Origin: Bilabrum cf. latius
Taxonomy: Eukaryota
DNA length: 64,000 bases
Direction: 5' to 3'
Assembly (NCBI GenBank): GCA_965178125.1
Contig: OZ237751.1
Location: forward strand, 496,001-560,000
Position 1 is the first letter of the stretch. Each line of letters opens with the position of its first letter. The notes under the pieces are model-generated. The model was not told where the DNA came from and searched no databases. It was given only the letters and a program-made list of their open reading frames with translations. The position numbers were made by a program, and so were the translations under genes. This document shows, piece after piece, positions 23,901 through 38,000 of this stretch.

Positions 23901-25249
23901 TGGATTGCGAGTTGTCATGGTCTGAGTGGGTGTCTCGCGGTGCGACGTGGGCGTCATTGCTGAGTGTGGGTGTGTATGTGCTGTGCATGGCATGTCACGC
24001 AGTGATGGCGATGTGCATCGCGGATTGCCAATGTGACAATGATACTGCAGCTGACTCGTTGAGTGCGGGTCATTGGTCGATGTTTGTGCGGTCGAGACTA
24101 GCTCAAAGAGTCGTTGGTATGGTGATGTAGTGGGTGTTAGTGGGCAGCCTGATCCATGGCAGTGTGGATCTCGCAGGTGATGTGCTGCTTGCTGGGCTGC
24201 TGCTAGGCATCGTGATGCGGATGTACCTGGTGTACGGCCTAAGTATGGACCTGTCTGGACTGTTGGTGTAGCCAGGCGATGCTGTGTCAGTTGCCTCCGT
24301 TGCTGCTGAGTCAAGAACAAGGATCGGGCAAAGTGGCTCTGAAGGTCCGAAAGCAGGCTTGCATCGTGACGTTCTCGGGGTTTGGCCGAGACATGACCCG
24401 CATCATCGTCGTCATCATCAACATGGGGCAAGCCCCAAGCCAGTGGTTCGAGCAAGCAGTCGCATCGACAGCAGGGAGGATCTCAGCTTTCCATAGAGCA
24501 CTGCAATGGCCGCTGTAACCGGCGATAGCATAGTCATGCACCATCGTGAGGTAGCGCTTGTGAACTAGTCACAGTCTGCACGACGAGACCTGCAGTCAGT
24601 GGTATTACGATGGCAGCGGTTATCCCCTAGTGAGTTGGTCCTGATCCGGCTGATGTCCATGATTGTGTGGGAGTCGCAGATGCTGCTGCTGCTGCTACAG
24701 GGATGCAGCACCGGTGGAGATGCGGCTCAGCGGAGTCGGCTGCGGCGGCATCTGCTCGGGACTGGCACAGACAGCTAGAGCGTTGGGGGTGGCATTGATT
24801 AGACAGAGGGCGAGTCATGGACGGACATGGGAGGCAGGTATGGGGCGGATGACGGCATGGATACACTGGACGAACTGCCAGACCACCCCCACGGCTCCAC
24901 CCAGGGCCAGGGCTCCAAGGCAGCCTGCGAGCCTGAGTCAGCCCCGGTGCCTTCTCGCCGGCGGCATGGCGAGTCCAGATGGTCTGAAGCTTGGCGCCAC
25001 GTGCGACGCATCGGCGTGTGGCTACATGCAGTTGAAGGCATTCTGCTAGCCGTAGTGCTGGTGTGGTCGGGGGCATGCATAGGGGGCGTGTGTCCGTGGG
25101 GCGCGTGCTCGTGGACGCGTCCTGGGGCGGATGTGGAGGGCATGCCGGGGCAGCTGCTGTCTTGGCAGCGAGTGCAGGCTGCCGGCGTGGCGTGGTTGGG
25201 CTGCTTGGTGTCGATGCTAGTTGGTACGTTGGAAGTCATGCTTGGCTGA
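20922..25249 (+). CDS. Uncharacterised membrane protein, family copy 2 (~1408 aa; intron 21031-21131; start codon uncertain)
   Basis: TCN-G|GTGAG...CCCAG|GSW intron at the same position and phase as copy 1. Exon 2 is open except for TAG up to TGA 25247-25249 and shares near-identical blocks with the other copies. Confidence 0.75.
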
Positions 25250-25333
25250 ATCAATTCGAGGTGCTGGCTATCTGTGCAATCTAGATACTGCATCGCGCAT
25301 ACGGACCATACCAATTCGAAGGCCATGCGATAC

Positions 25334-27856
25334 TCAGCTACGCGCTTTCAAGTCTACAACAAGGACAGTCACATCGTCGGCGGAATTCGCCAACAGGGCC
25401 TTGGCGAGTAGTCGCCCAGCCACTGTACGAGACGAGGGCCTCTGCTTCGTGCGAGTCGGCAGTGAGTCACCGGCGTCTGCATCTGCCGCTGCGCGCGCTG
25501 CAGTGTCCGAATGAGCCGTTGTGGTTCGAATCTAGTCTTCCGTGCCGGCAGCGAAGCCACGGCTGTGCTTGCTCCGACTTCCAGTGCTATGGCTTAGAGG
25601 TACTCTGGTTGAGGTCGAGCTTGGTGCCTCCGCTGATTCTAGTTGAGCTACTGTTCGAGCCGCGGCCCGGTTGCTGACCCCGCTCCACAATCCGTCCGTA
25701 GCGAGGATCAGCCAGTCGTCCCGCTCGTCGATATCATAGATACTGACACGAGGTGCGGCAGTGACAGCAGGCTTCAGCTTGGAGTCTCCAATGGATCGAG
25801 TCATATTGAGCACGCCCGCCACCCTGCCATCCGAAATGGATCCACCGCTGGACCGGATGCGGTCTGCCTCTTTTGGGTCATCGGGGGTGTGATCCACGGT
25901 CAGCTGCCTGTACGTTCCAGACTCTTGCACTACGATCGCGCGGCAATCGCCCACATGTGCTAACAGCAATCTTGCAGGTCCAGGAAGGCAAACGGCCATG
26001 AGAGCAGCAGCCCCAGTGTACGAAGTATCGGAGGTGCTTGACTCGAGGGCGGAGGGGGGATCCAGGCTGCGAAACTGTTCATCGAGTTGAACGAATACTC
26101 TCTTCATGGCAAGAGCAAGCACGTACTCCAGGCAGTCTTCGACTGGGTCACTATGCCATGGCTGTGCAGGCACGTGAGTTTCGCTCGTCGCTGTTTCGGC
26201 GCTCGTCGCCGTTCCAGCCACACACCGTACGGGATACTCCGATGCTCTGGGTCGCTTCTGTCCAAGAGCCGGGCGTTGGTCCGATGCAGACAGATCGGAC
26301 AGTGGCTTCGACTGGCACTTCTGTAGTTGCCTGGTATCAGACGAGCTGCTAGACCCCGATGCCGGTGCCAAAAACGACGACGCCGACGACGAAGACGATG
26401 CTGGGGGTGACGTTGCTCGGACTTGCGAGACAGGATCTTTTGGCGCGACAGACTGCGTAGTACTCTTTCGAGTTGTTGCAGAGTAATCACCCGTGCGCCC
26501 GACAGTGCTGGTAGTGAGTTCCCGTCGGTTATTCTGAGCCAGCGCGCTGGCACTTGCGTTGTAAGTGCTGGCGCTTGCGTTGGGACCTGTGCTGGGACTG
26601 GTGACAGCTGAACCAACGGCCCGGGCATGCTCCTGCAACGCGATGGCGATCTACCCAGCAACTGTGTTTCCCACTGCTTTTGCACAGAACCGTGATGCCC
26701 TATCTCCGCCATGACCGTCAAAGACGGCATACAATGACATGGCCTTGTCACCTAGTAGCTCCCCTGTGACCATGTAGGCGTCTTCGTTCAACTCCCGCTT
26801 GGGCCCCGCGCGAGACAAACAGACGTATCTATAGGTAGGGGCTCCTACGGCTGCGAACGGATTGTCTGCCTTGATATCCATGCTGTTGTGCCTTGGCAAC
26901 TTGACTGCTGCCGTCCCCTGCACTTGTCCTCCTGAGGCTTGGAGTGAGGACGACAGGGCCGGGGCCTCTGCCCGCACCTCCTTGGTTCTGAGCGAGGTCA
27001 AGCCCTATCTACCCATCGGCGAGTACCATTTTGGGTCTCGTCTGACTACACTTGCCTGGAAATGGTCGCTGCCAGAGGCGGTGGCCGCCGCAGTTGACAT
27101 GGAATCGGACGATTGCCCAGATTCTACCAAACTCTGTTCAACGGGTCGACTGTCTGGCTGCGATTCACGCATAGTATTGCTAGTTTTGCCGACGCTGTCT
27201 CCAACTGCAAGCTTACTGCTGCCAGCAGTCGCCGCAGGCATCAGACCGCGCCCGGACAGCATCGTTGAATCCTCGCGGCGGTGCAATGGCTCGCCGAACT
27301 GTCTCGAGTACAATGTGCGCGGCGTCGGATTAGTGAGATCAGCCACATCTTCAGAGTTAGGCCTCAAAATGGTCAACCCAGCACAGTTGGTGCGCTGTGT
27401 GGGGTGCGAAGAAGCATCGCATCTCTGAGATTCATGTCTTGTGGACGCAAGCGAGTGCAAGTGAGGCACTACCTTCTAAGCTGCAGGAGAGATTTCATTA
27501 CATCTTTGTCTCGATTCCATGGTTCCAAAATCCCAGTGTCGTGTTGGTCTATTGCTCTACGATACAGCTGCAAAGGCTCCACCAGAACCGACCCGGGATA
27601 CAGAGCCCCCCGATACAGGTGGACTGACTGCCAGTGACCCTGTTGAGTCTGGATGACCCTTTTTGCTTGTCTCAATTGATATGGCCCCAAATGTTGGTGT
27701 TCCATCTGTAGATTGAACCGTGTTTGCTACTTGCCACCACTCATCCTCGCCAGCTTGCTGTGTACTCGGTTCCGATTCAGCCGACCTTGCTCGCGAATCA
27801 CCAACAGTAATGCTTAGGGATGGGAGTATGCGACGTCTTTTCTTGGGATTGCTCAT
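25334..27856 (-). CDS. PP2C/PPM-family Ser/Thr protein phosphatase with long N-terminal extension and low-complexity inserts, ~840 aa
   Basis: Four minus-strand ORFs in one frame joined by TAG. Motifs: RELNEDA, AVFDGHGG, AHVGDCRA, LTVDHTP, LNMTRSIGD, LILATDGLW, SADDVTVLVVDL. The last of these lies beyond a TAG. Stop is TGA 25334-25336. Confidence 0.92.
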
Positions 27857-28525
27857 AATCGTCCTATACGGAGTGCGCTACAGAAAATGGCAGCGCCGGC
27901 GGAACCTCTGGTGAAAGCGATAAAAAGAATCAGCAACAATACCTCCGCGGTGAAATGGACCAAGAGAAGAGTGATCTGCTTGAAGACATTCAAATGGCAG
28001 CGTAGGATGCCGTTATTTCGTTCCGAACGCTCAATGATGAGCTGGCGAGATTTAAGGACCTTGTGAGCCGTGAAATAGGCAAAAACGATCCAATGGCATT
28101 GATCTCACGCAGACATCTTTATCATAGTATTATTTTGGCCAATCGTGTTCCTATGCAGGCAAGAAGTATAGAAGAGTTGAACAAATCATGGAAGAAACCG
28201 AACAGCCTGCTGGGCCTATGCGAAAGCACAGGCAGCACGCCTGCAGCATCAACTTCTCAAGTAGAATTTTCTAGAGAGCGAAGGGATTTGATTCAATTGG
28301 AAGCTAGCCAAGCATCCGATAGGAAGTCTCAAGACAACTAAATTTTGGGCGAAGTACCACCTTTGAATAGCTGTGATTTCGAATGGAAAATCGACAACTC
28401 TATCTTAATCTGAGTTTAAAGTGCATAATGCAAGCTTCTATACACCTGGTATGTCCAAATTTTCCAGTTAATGGTCCAGTTGTGGCATTTCTACCATGAC
28501 AAGATGCATCGAACGGGAAGAAGGC

Positions 28526-29368
28526 TCAGCCAAGAATCAAGTTCCACGAACCCACTAGTGGCACCAGCATCGACACCAAGCAGCCCAACCACGCCACGCC
28601 GACAGCCTGCACTCGCTGCCAAGACAGCAGCTGCCCCGGCATGCCCTCCACATCCGCCCCAGGACGCGTCCACGAGCACGCGCCCCACGGACACGCGCCC
28701 CCTATGCATGCCCCCGACCACACCAGCACTACGGCCAGCAGAATGCCTTCAACAGCATGTAGCCACACGCCGATGCGTCGCACGTGGCGCCAGGCTTCAG
28801 ACCATCTGGACTCACCGTGCCGCCGGCGAGAAGGCACCGGGGCCGAGTCATGCTCGCAGGCTGCCTTGGAGCCGTTCCCCTGGATGGAGCCGTGGGGGCC
28901 TGGTAGTTCGCCCAGTGTATCCATGCCGTCATCCGCCCCATACCTGCCTCCCATGTCCGTCCATGACTCGCCCTCTGTCTAATCAATGCCATCCCCAACG
29001 CTCTAGCTGTCTGTGCCAGTCCCGAGCAGATGCCGCCGCAGCCGACTCCGCTGAGTCGCATCTCCACCGGTGCTGCATCCCTGTAGTAGCAGCAGCAGCA
29101 TCTGCGACTCCCACACAATCATGGACATCAGCCGGATCAAGACCAACCCACTAGGGGATAATCGCTGCCATCGTACTACCAATGACTGCAGGTCTCGTCG
29201 CGCAGACTGTGACTAGGTCACAAGCGTTACCTCACGATGGTGCATGACTATGCTATCACCAGTTGCAGCGGCCATTGCAGTGCTCTATGGAAAGCTGAGA
29301 TCCTCCCTGCTGTCGATGCGACTGCTTGCTCGAATCACTGGCTTGGGGCTTGGCCCGTGATGATGATA

Positions 29369-29401
<33 letters not shown>

Positions 29402-32400
29402 CGGGTCATGTCTCGGCCAAATCCCGAGAACGTCATGATGCAAGCCTGCTTTCGGACCTTCAGAGCCACTTTGCCCGATCCTTGTTGTTGACTCAGCAGC
29501 AACGGAGGCAACTGACACAGCATCGCCTGGCTACACCAACAGTCCAGACAGGTCCATACTTAGGCCGTACACCAGGTACATCCGCATCATGATGCCTAGC
29601 AGCAGCCCAGCAAGCAGCACATCACCTGCGAGATCCACACTGCCATGTATCAGGCTGCCCACTAACACCCACTACATCACCATACCAACGACTCCTTGAG
29701 CTAGTCTCGACCACACAAACATCGACCAATGACCCGCACTCAACGAGTCAGCTGCAGTATCATTGTCACATTGGCAATCCGCGATGCAAATCGCCATCGC
29801 TACTTGACATGCTATGCACAGCACACACACACCCACACTCAACAATGACGCCCACGTCGCACCGCGAGACACCCACTCAGACCACGACAACTCGCAATCC
29901 ACTGACCGAGTCACCCCCGCATACCCAAGACAAGGAAGTGACACACGATAACGCACGCTCGACTCATCCACTGCCAAAGTCCACGTGCCCGCCAACGCAC
30001 CTGGACGCTGTCCGCGCAGCACAGCCGATACCCGCTGAGCCACAGACCCCGCCGTCATCGTGCGCAGCCCGCCCAGTCCCGGCACCTGAGTCGGATGCTC
30101 CGAGGTGGATGTCCCCACCTCCACCTGCATGCTCACCCGCATCCACAGCGTGCCCACATCCAGAGTCGCGTTGGCCGGTGGAGGCTCCGGGGCAGACGCA
30201 TCCACGTCCACCACACGCACGGCCCATCGCCGCACCGTATCCTCATTGCCCTCACCCGCCAGGTCCTTCAGGTCGTCCAGCACATCGGCCTCCAGCCACC
30301 GCACCTGCTCCACTGACGGCGATGGATAGTCCAGCCCGGGCGCCTATCTCACATATCCACCACCCCACGACTGAGCCGCGGGCCACCGGTTCCGGTCAAA
30401 CACCAAGTCGAACCACATCGTCGCTCGGCTGCCCCGCAAGCGCTGAGACCATGCCAGACCGTACTGCCCCGGACGCACGCCCAGCGACACAGCGTCCGAC
30501 ACGCACGCCAGACCAGGCGCCACGTCCCAGTACCCGCTCGCAGTGCTGTATGATGGCCCCGATGCACTGCCATGCATCATGCGCAGCTTCCCGCGCGCAG
30601 GCGCATACCCAAGCCGACCCACATCGTACAGCTCCCCATCCGCCGCCAGCGACGGGAAGCCCAGCCAGTACGAGTACCACACTCGCGTGATGCTGCTGGC
30701 CATCGACCAGCCAGAGTCAGAGCCTGCCCCTCCTGATGCCAGCCGGGCCTCCACGCCTGCATCCACAGGGATGTGATCCGGGTCATCGCACACGGCCATC
30801 ACGGCGGCCCGGCCCTGGAAGTACCCGTACACGTTGGTCCTGTATGGCATCCATTGCCCGTTGGTGATGTTGGGCAGAGTGTGGTTGGGGAAGGGCGGGT
30901 ATGCCCTGGCGGTGACGACGCCTCTGTAGACTGCGTGGGGCCCGATGGCAACTCCAGAGTCAGCATCAGTGGGTGCTGGACTCCAGTGCTGTCCATGTGA
31001 GGTGTTATAAGAGGAAGAGATGAGATCTGAGTCTGGAAAGTATCTACCACGCTTGGCCGGATACACGCCAGGCGTATCCTAGAGGTATGGCCAGTACGCT
31101 CCACCAAGGGCTGTAGCAACCCCGTTCTGCGTGGCCGGCATGTCTGCTGGCAGCTAACCGCTTCGGTACCGACTGAAGTCCACATCGTACGACATTGCGC
31201 AGCCCACACGTGCTGTCGGGAACGGGCCCCGTACTGCATCGCTCAGTGCATACGATCGAATGGCCCGCTCCATGCGCGGGTCCTTACGGTTGGTGGCATT
31301 ACCTGTGTCAGGCGAGCATGACCGTGAGGCCACGCAGGAGGCAGAGTCCAGAAGCACACGTCTGCTGCCAATTGCAATATATTCCTGTCGTTCACTATAG
31401 GACATAGAGTAGCAAGTCAGGTCTGTTTTAAGGCTAGGTTGAGCTCTATCTGCCTGTGGCCCGACTGAAGTGTTGCTGTATCCTTGCAGGTACGAAGCGG
31501 GTGTGTCAAGCATCATCGTCACCACATGCCCTCGGTTCACGCGCCAGGCGTAGTCGGCTGTCTCCCCGCGGATCGTCACATCTGCATCGTACGGCAGCAC
31601 GGCAACGGTGCCAGGCGGGTACACTGTGCTCACAGCCTGGTGCCACTTGGAGGTCTCCTGCAGAGCGTGCAACCCTCCATTTCGTCTCGCTGGATCGATC
31701 TGAGTCTCCATGCATGCAACAGAGCCCCGGATGGACACGTTGAAATCCACATAGAGGGGGCTTTTATATGCTCTAGAGACTAACCTATCCAAGCTTACGT
31801 TCTGCGGCGCCGGCTTCCCGACGCATTCGCGCGAAGACTTGAAGGCACACTAGTAGCCTGGGTCAGTGTGTAATATCGCTCGTCTGGATGCTGCAGGGTA
31901 CCCCGTCCCCTGAACGGGCCACACGGTGCTCTGCAGGCACACGTCAGTCGGGTCCACGGGCTCGTCCATGGGGGAGCAGGCGGGGTCGAACCACGACTTG
32001 GGGCAGTCGGCAAACGTCAAGGACATGCATGTGAGAAGGTTTCCGGCGTTCCTCCCCATGGCCGTCATTGCAATGTTCGATACGAAGTTGTCCATTGGGG
32101 CATACACGTCCGTGTTCGAGTAACCTATCGTGCCGGAGTACACCTAGTACAGCCGCTACGACAGCCCGTTATTTATCTTGTTCCTGATTGGGGCAAACCA
32201 CGTCTCTACGGTGAACGGTTCTACGGTCCGACTGGGCGGCAGCACGCCCATTCTGCGCTTGTCCTGCGGAATCACGCCCAGACTAGGAGGAGGCATCTGG
32301 CCCGTGGAAGCTCCTGGCAGACTCCAAAGCGTGCCCAGTGAAGGAGACAGCTCGAGTTGACGCAATGACGACACAAGTTGCTGGGATTGCACATACTCTT

Positions 32401-32921
32401 CCGGCCCAGGCTGCCCAGCTCTCAGTCCTGGAGCCGCCTGCCACTCCCAATGCTAATACTTCGATGGGCTACGGAAGTCCCCTGGATTACCGTCCCAAGG
32501 ATGTGGGTACATAAAGCAGCGCCCTTTTTCGTCCCATGCCAAGCCATCAGGTTTTTGCATGCGAGTTCTTGATGACAGTAGTATTCGATCCTTTCTCTCT
32601 GTCAAGTTGGCAATCCCGAGCCTATCAGCACCACCAGAGACCAACCAACTTCCTGCAGGAGGATCTGAGAACAAGCGGAATCGGGATTTGTCATGCAATA
32701 CGCAGAAAACTAAGACATGCGACATGCCATTCTGAGCGCTCACCATTGCAAATGGAACGGCGAGGAAAGCTCAAGGGCAGGCCATAAGGACTAAGTATTG
32801 ATGGATCTGCAGCGAGAATCGATTCTGATAGTTCCAATGAATGGCCTGGAGCTGGCAGAACGATCGCAACCCAGACCTGCAACGCAATGCTGGTGATGGT
32901 CGCAAGCATGCTACCAGTCAT
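28526..32921 (-). CDS. Uncharacterised signal-peptide membrane protein, family copy 3 (~1434 aa; intron 32653-32743)
   Basis: Signal-like MLATITSIALQVWVAIVLPAPG, then an ICN-G|GTGAG...TGCAG|GSW phase-1 intron. Eight ORF fragments lie in one frame separated by TAG. Stop is TGA 28526-28528. Confidence 0.8.
29357..29401 (-). repeat. (CAT)n coding microsatellite, poly-His tract in family copy 3
   Basis: (ATG/GAT)n run on the + strand; it reads HHHHHHHHHHYHHH-like in the copy 3 frame. Confidence 0.9.
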
Positions 32922-33356
32922 ACTGGTGTCACCCCCATGCGTAGCTCCTTGTAGAGACCGAGAGACTAGTGAAGTGGACAGTCGCAGCCGCGCTCCTAGG
33001 CTACAATTTAATAATTTGTGCGGCTTGATCCGTATTCTTCACTTCTTGCCTCTTCTTCTTCACAGATTGTATTGCGTGACGATTTGCGTCACAGTGGTTG
33101 CAACCGCGAGGCTGCTTGCGGTCTCGAAGGTCGGCATGGTTTTGGTGGAAGGCAGCCTAGAGGCAACTTGGCCTTGGCTGGTTGCTGATTAGTGAGCAGG
33201 GGGCGGCGATGGTCGCTGTTGCCTTCACCATGGACAATTCACGAGACTGTTCAGGCATCTTGAAGGGTGTGCAGTGCTAACAGCACTGTCCTTAGATCCA
33301 TCCCGCTCTCTTGACCCAGACCCAGGCTCATAAAAGCACATCAAAACCAAAACTGA

Positions 33357-34908
33357 TCACAACAGCTCACCATCATCCATCCCAATCTGGCCAGTCACCC
33401 CCCCGCCAATGCTTGCTCCGGCCCCTGCGCCGCCGCTTCCGGGTCGGGGTGCGTGGCTGCCTATTCCGGTGCTGGCTCCATGGTGCCCTGGCCCGTTGCC
33501 GATGCCGCGCGCTGACAATCTGCCGGCAGGATGCAACCCAGGGCGGGCCATCGATCCTGCTCCACCTGCCAAGTATGGACTGCCCATGCATATCCTAGGC
33601 ACTGCTTTCGCAGCTGCTAATGACGATGGACATGAGCCGCCGTCCATTGCGGCTGACCCGCCAGTCGCTGCACCACCCGAGCCCCAGCTGCCAGCACCTG
33701 CCCCCGCACCGCCGGCTGCACTTGAGCCAATCCCTCCCATGGCACGTGCAGGGGGCAGCGCTGGCGATTTGCTCTCCCTACTAGGAGCCCCACCCTCGGC
33801 CTTGCCCTCGCCCCACCCCACTGCGTGTCTCATCGCAGCCCTAGCACGCTCCACATTTGCGATCCCATGCCCAGCAAACCACGGGTCTCCGAGCAAAGAG
33901 TCAGCGTCGGAGCGCATCGCCGGGTCCTTCTGCATGCATTTTTGGATCACGCGCACGCAGCCCGGCGAAAGACCCCTGCCCCCGCAACCTCTGAACCTGC
34001 TGGGGTCTGGCACCGGGCCGTTGACGACAGCGTCCATCACCTCCAGCTGGTTTGCAAACTCGCCGTACGGGTTCTTGCCCACCGCGCATGCAAATATAGT
34101 CAACCCAATCGACCACATATCCGCCGGGAAGCTGTAGGATTCGTTGCGCAAACGCTCTGGAGACATGTAGAGTGTCGATCCCAGCATGGTCTTCGCCATT
34201 GCCATGCTTGACTTAAGCTCGCTCGATATGCCAAAATCCGTCAATTTGACGGATCCATCCGTGCTACACAATATATTGTTAGGCTTGAGGTCGCGGTGCA
34301 GTCGTTTTTCGTGGCGCATGTAGTTGAGTCCCCACAAGCACTGGAAAGCGGAGCTTGCCAGTGCCAAGTCTGACATGGGTCCTCGCTGCTTCACGAGCGA
34401 TTCGATACTGCCACCATCCATGTATTCAAGGGCTATAGTTATTGTCCCTTCCTTGTAGTAGGCTCCGTGAAACGTCACAAGACTTCGAGGAAGGAGGTGG
34501 TACGCTGGCAGGAACGCGTCAACTCAGTTCTCGCAGGGATCAAAAGCAGCAAATTGGGCGGTTCGGGGCTTACCATTCGCAGTTTGCGTCGTACAATGCA
34601 CTTATTTCTTTCACGAGCTACGCTCTGGACGCGCTACCAGCTATGCTCATGTTTTTAAGGGCAAGCTACGTTCCGGTAGGTCGGTGAAGACCTTTTACCA
34701 CAAGCGCGCTTGCACCTCTTCCAACCACTTCTCCAGATGCAACATCTTCTGGGTGTACCTTGAACACCTTTTTCTTGCCTCGCATCATCACGCCATTGCG
34801 TAGAACAGCGACGTCTCCACGAATGAACGCACCATCCGCAAGCTTGAAAGACGATGGTTTTGAAAGAGCTCGGTCGGCAGTGGACTTGTCTTTTTCAACA
34901 GATGCCAT
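33357..34908 (-). CDS. MAP kinase kinase (STE7/MKK-like), ~486 aa; intron 34483-34573
   Basis: Motifs: VGRGASALV, LALK, RA[TAG]LVKEI, CLVTFHGAYY (after splicing GTAAG...GAAG), LEYMDGGS, HRDLKPNN, DFG, S-x5-T activation loop, YMSPER. Stop is TGA 33357-33359. Confidence 0.92.
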
Positions 34909-35071
34909 ACGAATCCTAGTCTGAGCAGAGCCCCCCTCTCGACTGTATTCTTTGTTCCACCACACCGCACGATTTCGTTTGAATCCGATCTAGTCACACC
35001 GTGAGGCATTTTCTTGCCGTCCGTTTGCTTTTGGATTCAACTTACTGCCTTCATTGGGCTACGATATCACT
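34909..35071. promoter_or_regulatory. Probable bidirectional promoter between the divergent MAP2K and CAP-D2 genes
   Basis: Only 163 bp separate the two head-to-head start codons, and the segment is lower in GC. No specific motif identified. Confidence 0.45.
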
Positions 35072-38000
35072 ATGGAATTCAAAGTTCCGCTCAACTCTGA
35101 TGATTTAGAGATCGAATCAACCTCAAGGCTGTATGTAAAATGCATTTTCGACATGAAAGCCCCCGAAGGAGTCACAGCACTTCGAAGTAAGAAGCACGCT
35201 GGCCCGAAGCTGAGGCTGGACAAGCGTATTCACAACTTAATTCGACTATCATTACAAACTTTCTCTTATTTTGCAGAGTCTGCACTGACTGTGCGGGCAG
35301 GACCAGCTATAGCTAGCCACGACGGTTTCGACGCTATATACTCTGCTGCAAAGTGAGGTATACATGAGCTCTGTGGGCGTACAGTTCTGTCAGTAGACCA
35401 CAAAGTTACTCAGTCTCACTACCTAACCTATTTCATGCAGATCGTGGAAATTGCTGACTCCTGCTGTGCGACGAATCGCCTCAAACGCCGTTGTGGATGG
35501 TCTTGCGGCCGTCGAGGATGCCACTCTAGTAGCAGCAAACTCCGAGGCAGGGGGGAGCTCCTCAGCACAGCAAGGCGAGAATAGTCAAGTTGAGCTCCGC
35601 AGTGCATTCAAGGCTGCCATCTATCTGGCTGGAATGATGCTCGAGGCCTCGTGCAAAGAGGCCGAGGACGTCGGGCTCGGCATCATGGGCGGGGCGGTGG
35701 GGGGAGGCCGCAAGAAGGCGAAAACCAAGGCGAAGTCCAAGAAATCTACAAGGAGCAAGCGGGGAAAGGCCGCAAAGGCCGCCTGGGACAGCGACGGAGA
35801 TGTCTCTGGGGACGAGGGAGCCGGTGCTGAGGGGTCTGCAGGAGGGGCGGCCGGCGGCTCCATGGAGATTGAGGATTACGAGGACGAGGGCCCGGTGTCG
35901 AGCCTGGCTGCGCCCCCAGGCGCGACCGAGGCCCAGCTCCGCGCCTCTTTGCTGAGCGCCTGTGCCCGGGCCGTGCTGCGGTGCGACGCGCAGCGCATGT
36001 TCCGCATGGGTGTCCCGGACGACGAGACTGCGAGGCTGCCTTGCACGGTCGCCATGACTGTAGCCAAGTGTGCGCCCGCGATCAAGGACAAGAAGACCCG
36101 CGCAGGTACCGTTGCACTCATGACATCCACCGTATCACGGTTTCCCACCGCGAGCAGCTCTTTGCTCCCACAGCTGCAGGCCATCCTGCTGCAGCAGGAG
36201 CACGCGCCCTCCCTCGTCGCCGAGGTGTGCGCCGCCGCGCACCACGAGCCCTCCTCAGCCCTCCTGCGAGCAGCATGGCAGACACACACCATGCCGGGTC
36301 CCGGTCGGGAGCAGACCACCGCGTCGGCCATCCTGGCACCATGGGAAAAGGAGATCGGCGGCATGATGCGACCGAGGATCGGGGCAGCCGCAGTGGGCAC
36401 CGCTGCGGAGGAGGCCGGGCGTGCCAGCGCGGGCTTTGACAGGTATGCCGTTGGTGGTGTGGCCGATCAGGTAGGCCGCGGAGTCTCCTCCCAGTCCCTC
36501 ACCACGGGCCTGGGCGCGCAGCTTCTGCGCGAGATCGCCGGCTCTGACCCGGGAGCGAGCAGGGACAGCAAGATCCCAAAGGCGCTCGCCACCTTCGTGA
36601 CCGAGGTGGGGAGCAGATGCCCCGCGCTGCTGCTGGGCAACATGGCGGTGGTGCTGGCCCTCCTGGACTCGCCCGCGCAGACTGTACGATCGTCAGTGTC
36701 GTCGTCGGTGGGGTCGGTCTGCCTGCAGTGCTTCAGCTCTGACATCATCGCTGCCATCGAAAAAGCAGAAGGTCGTTCGGGGCGGTCTTCGGCTGACGAC
36801 GACGGTGATGACGAGGATGCAGATGACAGCGAGAACGGGAGCGAGTCGTCCTCCAGCGCTAAGGACGCCGGTGTCGATGACTCTGGCAGCGACGGGGATG
36901 AGGAGGAGGAGGAGGACGACGACGGCGGCCCGGCATCAGGCGCCGGTGCGAACGACAGCGTGTCGCAAGATTCCGGAAAGCAAAGCAAAGCAGCTCACGA
37001 CGAGGAAGAAGAGGATGAGGAGGAAGCTCGGGACCGGGCTGACGCAGACGCCGCGCGCGGCCCAGCCAGCAGCCTCCCCCGGTCCGCGAGAGCCCTCGTC
37101 ACCGCGCGCACGCGCGACGCACTGCTGGACGTCCTGGCAGAGCGGGTCATGGACTCGCACGCATTCACCAGGTCTGCCACGCTCAAGGCGTGGGCCGCCG
37201 TCGTAGAGGGCCGCGCCCTCCCACTGGCAAGGCTGCCTCGCGTGCTCACGCTCGCGTCTGGCCGTTTGTTGGACAAGGCCTCCATCGTCCGGAGATCGGC
37301 CTGTTCTGTGCTAGTGGCCATGCTAGAAGGCAATCCATTCAGCGGTACCCTGTCGTCAGGCGCCTTTGATTCGGGCGTGAGGCAAGCCACCCTGTGGCTG
37401 TCGGAGCACGGGCCCGCTACGGTCCGGGCGGCCATCCGAGCCCAGCAGCGCGATGAGGCCAAGAAAGCTAGGAAGGAGGCAGCAGCAGCAGCAGCAGGCG
37501 CGGAGGGCCAGTCCAAGGGCGAAGACCCTGACGCTCAGGCCCAGGGACAGAAGGACGACGACGAGGCGGCGGCAGCTGACCAGGCCGCCGCCGCCGACGA
37601 GGTGTCTTCTGGTGCGGCACCCACCGAGGAGCAGAGCAAGCAGATGGCCTACCGGCAGTACTGCCGGGATGCCCTCGCCTTTATCCGCTCCATGGAAATG
37701 GCTTGCGAGGCCGTCTCTGTCCTGGCCAGGAGCAAGACACCCTCGGACACCGTCTCCGCCATCGCGTTCCTCAGGAGAGCAAGGGCCTTTAGGGTCAAGG
37801 GAGCGGCAGGTGCGCTCAGGCAGGCCATGTGCCTGGCGTGGTCGCCGGAGCAGGCCGTCCGCGATGCCGTGGTGAACACCTTCAAGGCAGTCTTCCTCGA
37901 CTTGGAGGACGATGCCGCCGCCGAGGAGGGAGGAGACGCGGCGGCCCGCCGGGCAGCCGCATCTGCTGCCGAGCAGGACGGCGCAGAGGCGCCAGCAGCG

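Noticed and set aside
28063-28341. 92-aa ORF upstream of PP2C, and a ~100-codon minus-strand ORF at ~32930-33231
   Set aside because: Short, in AT-richer intergenic DNA, and without motifs; likely spurious.
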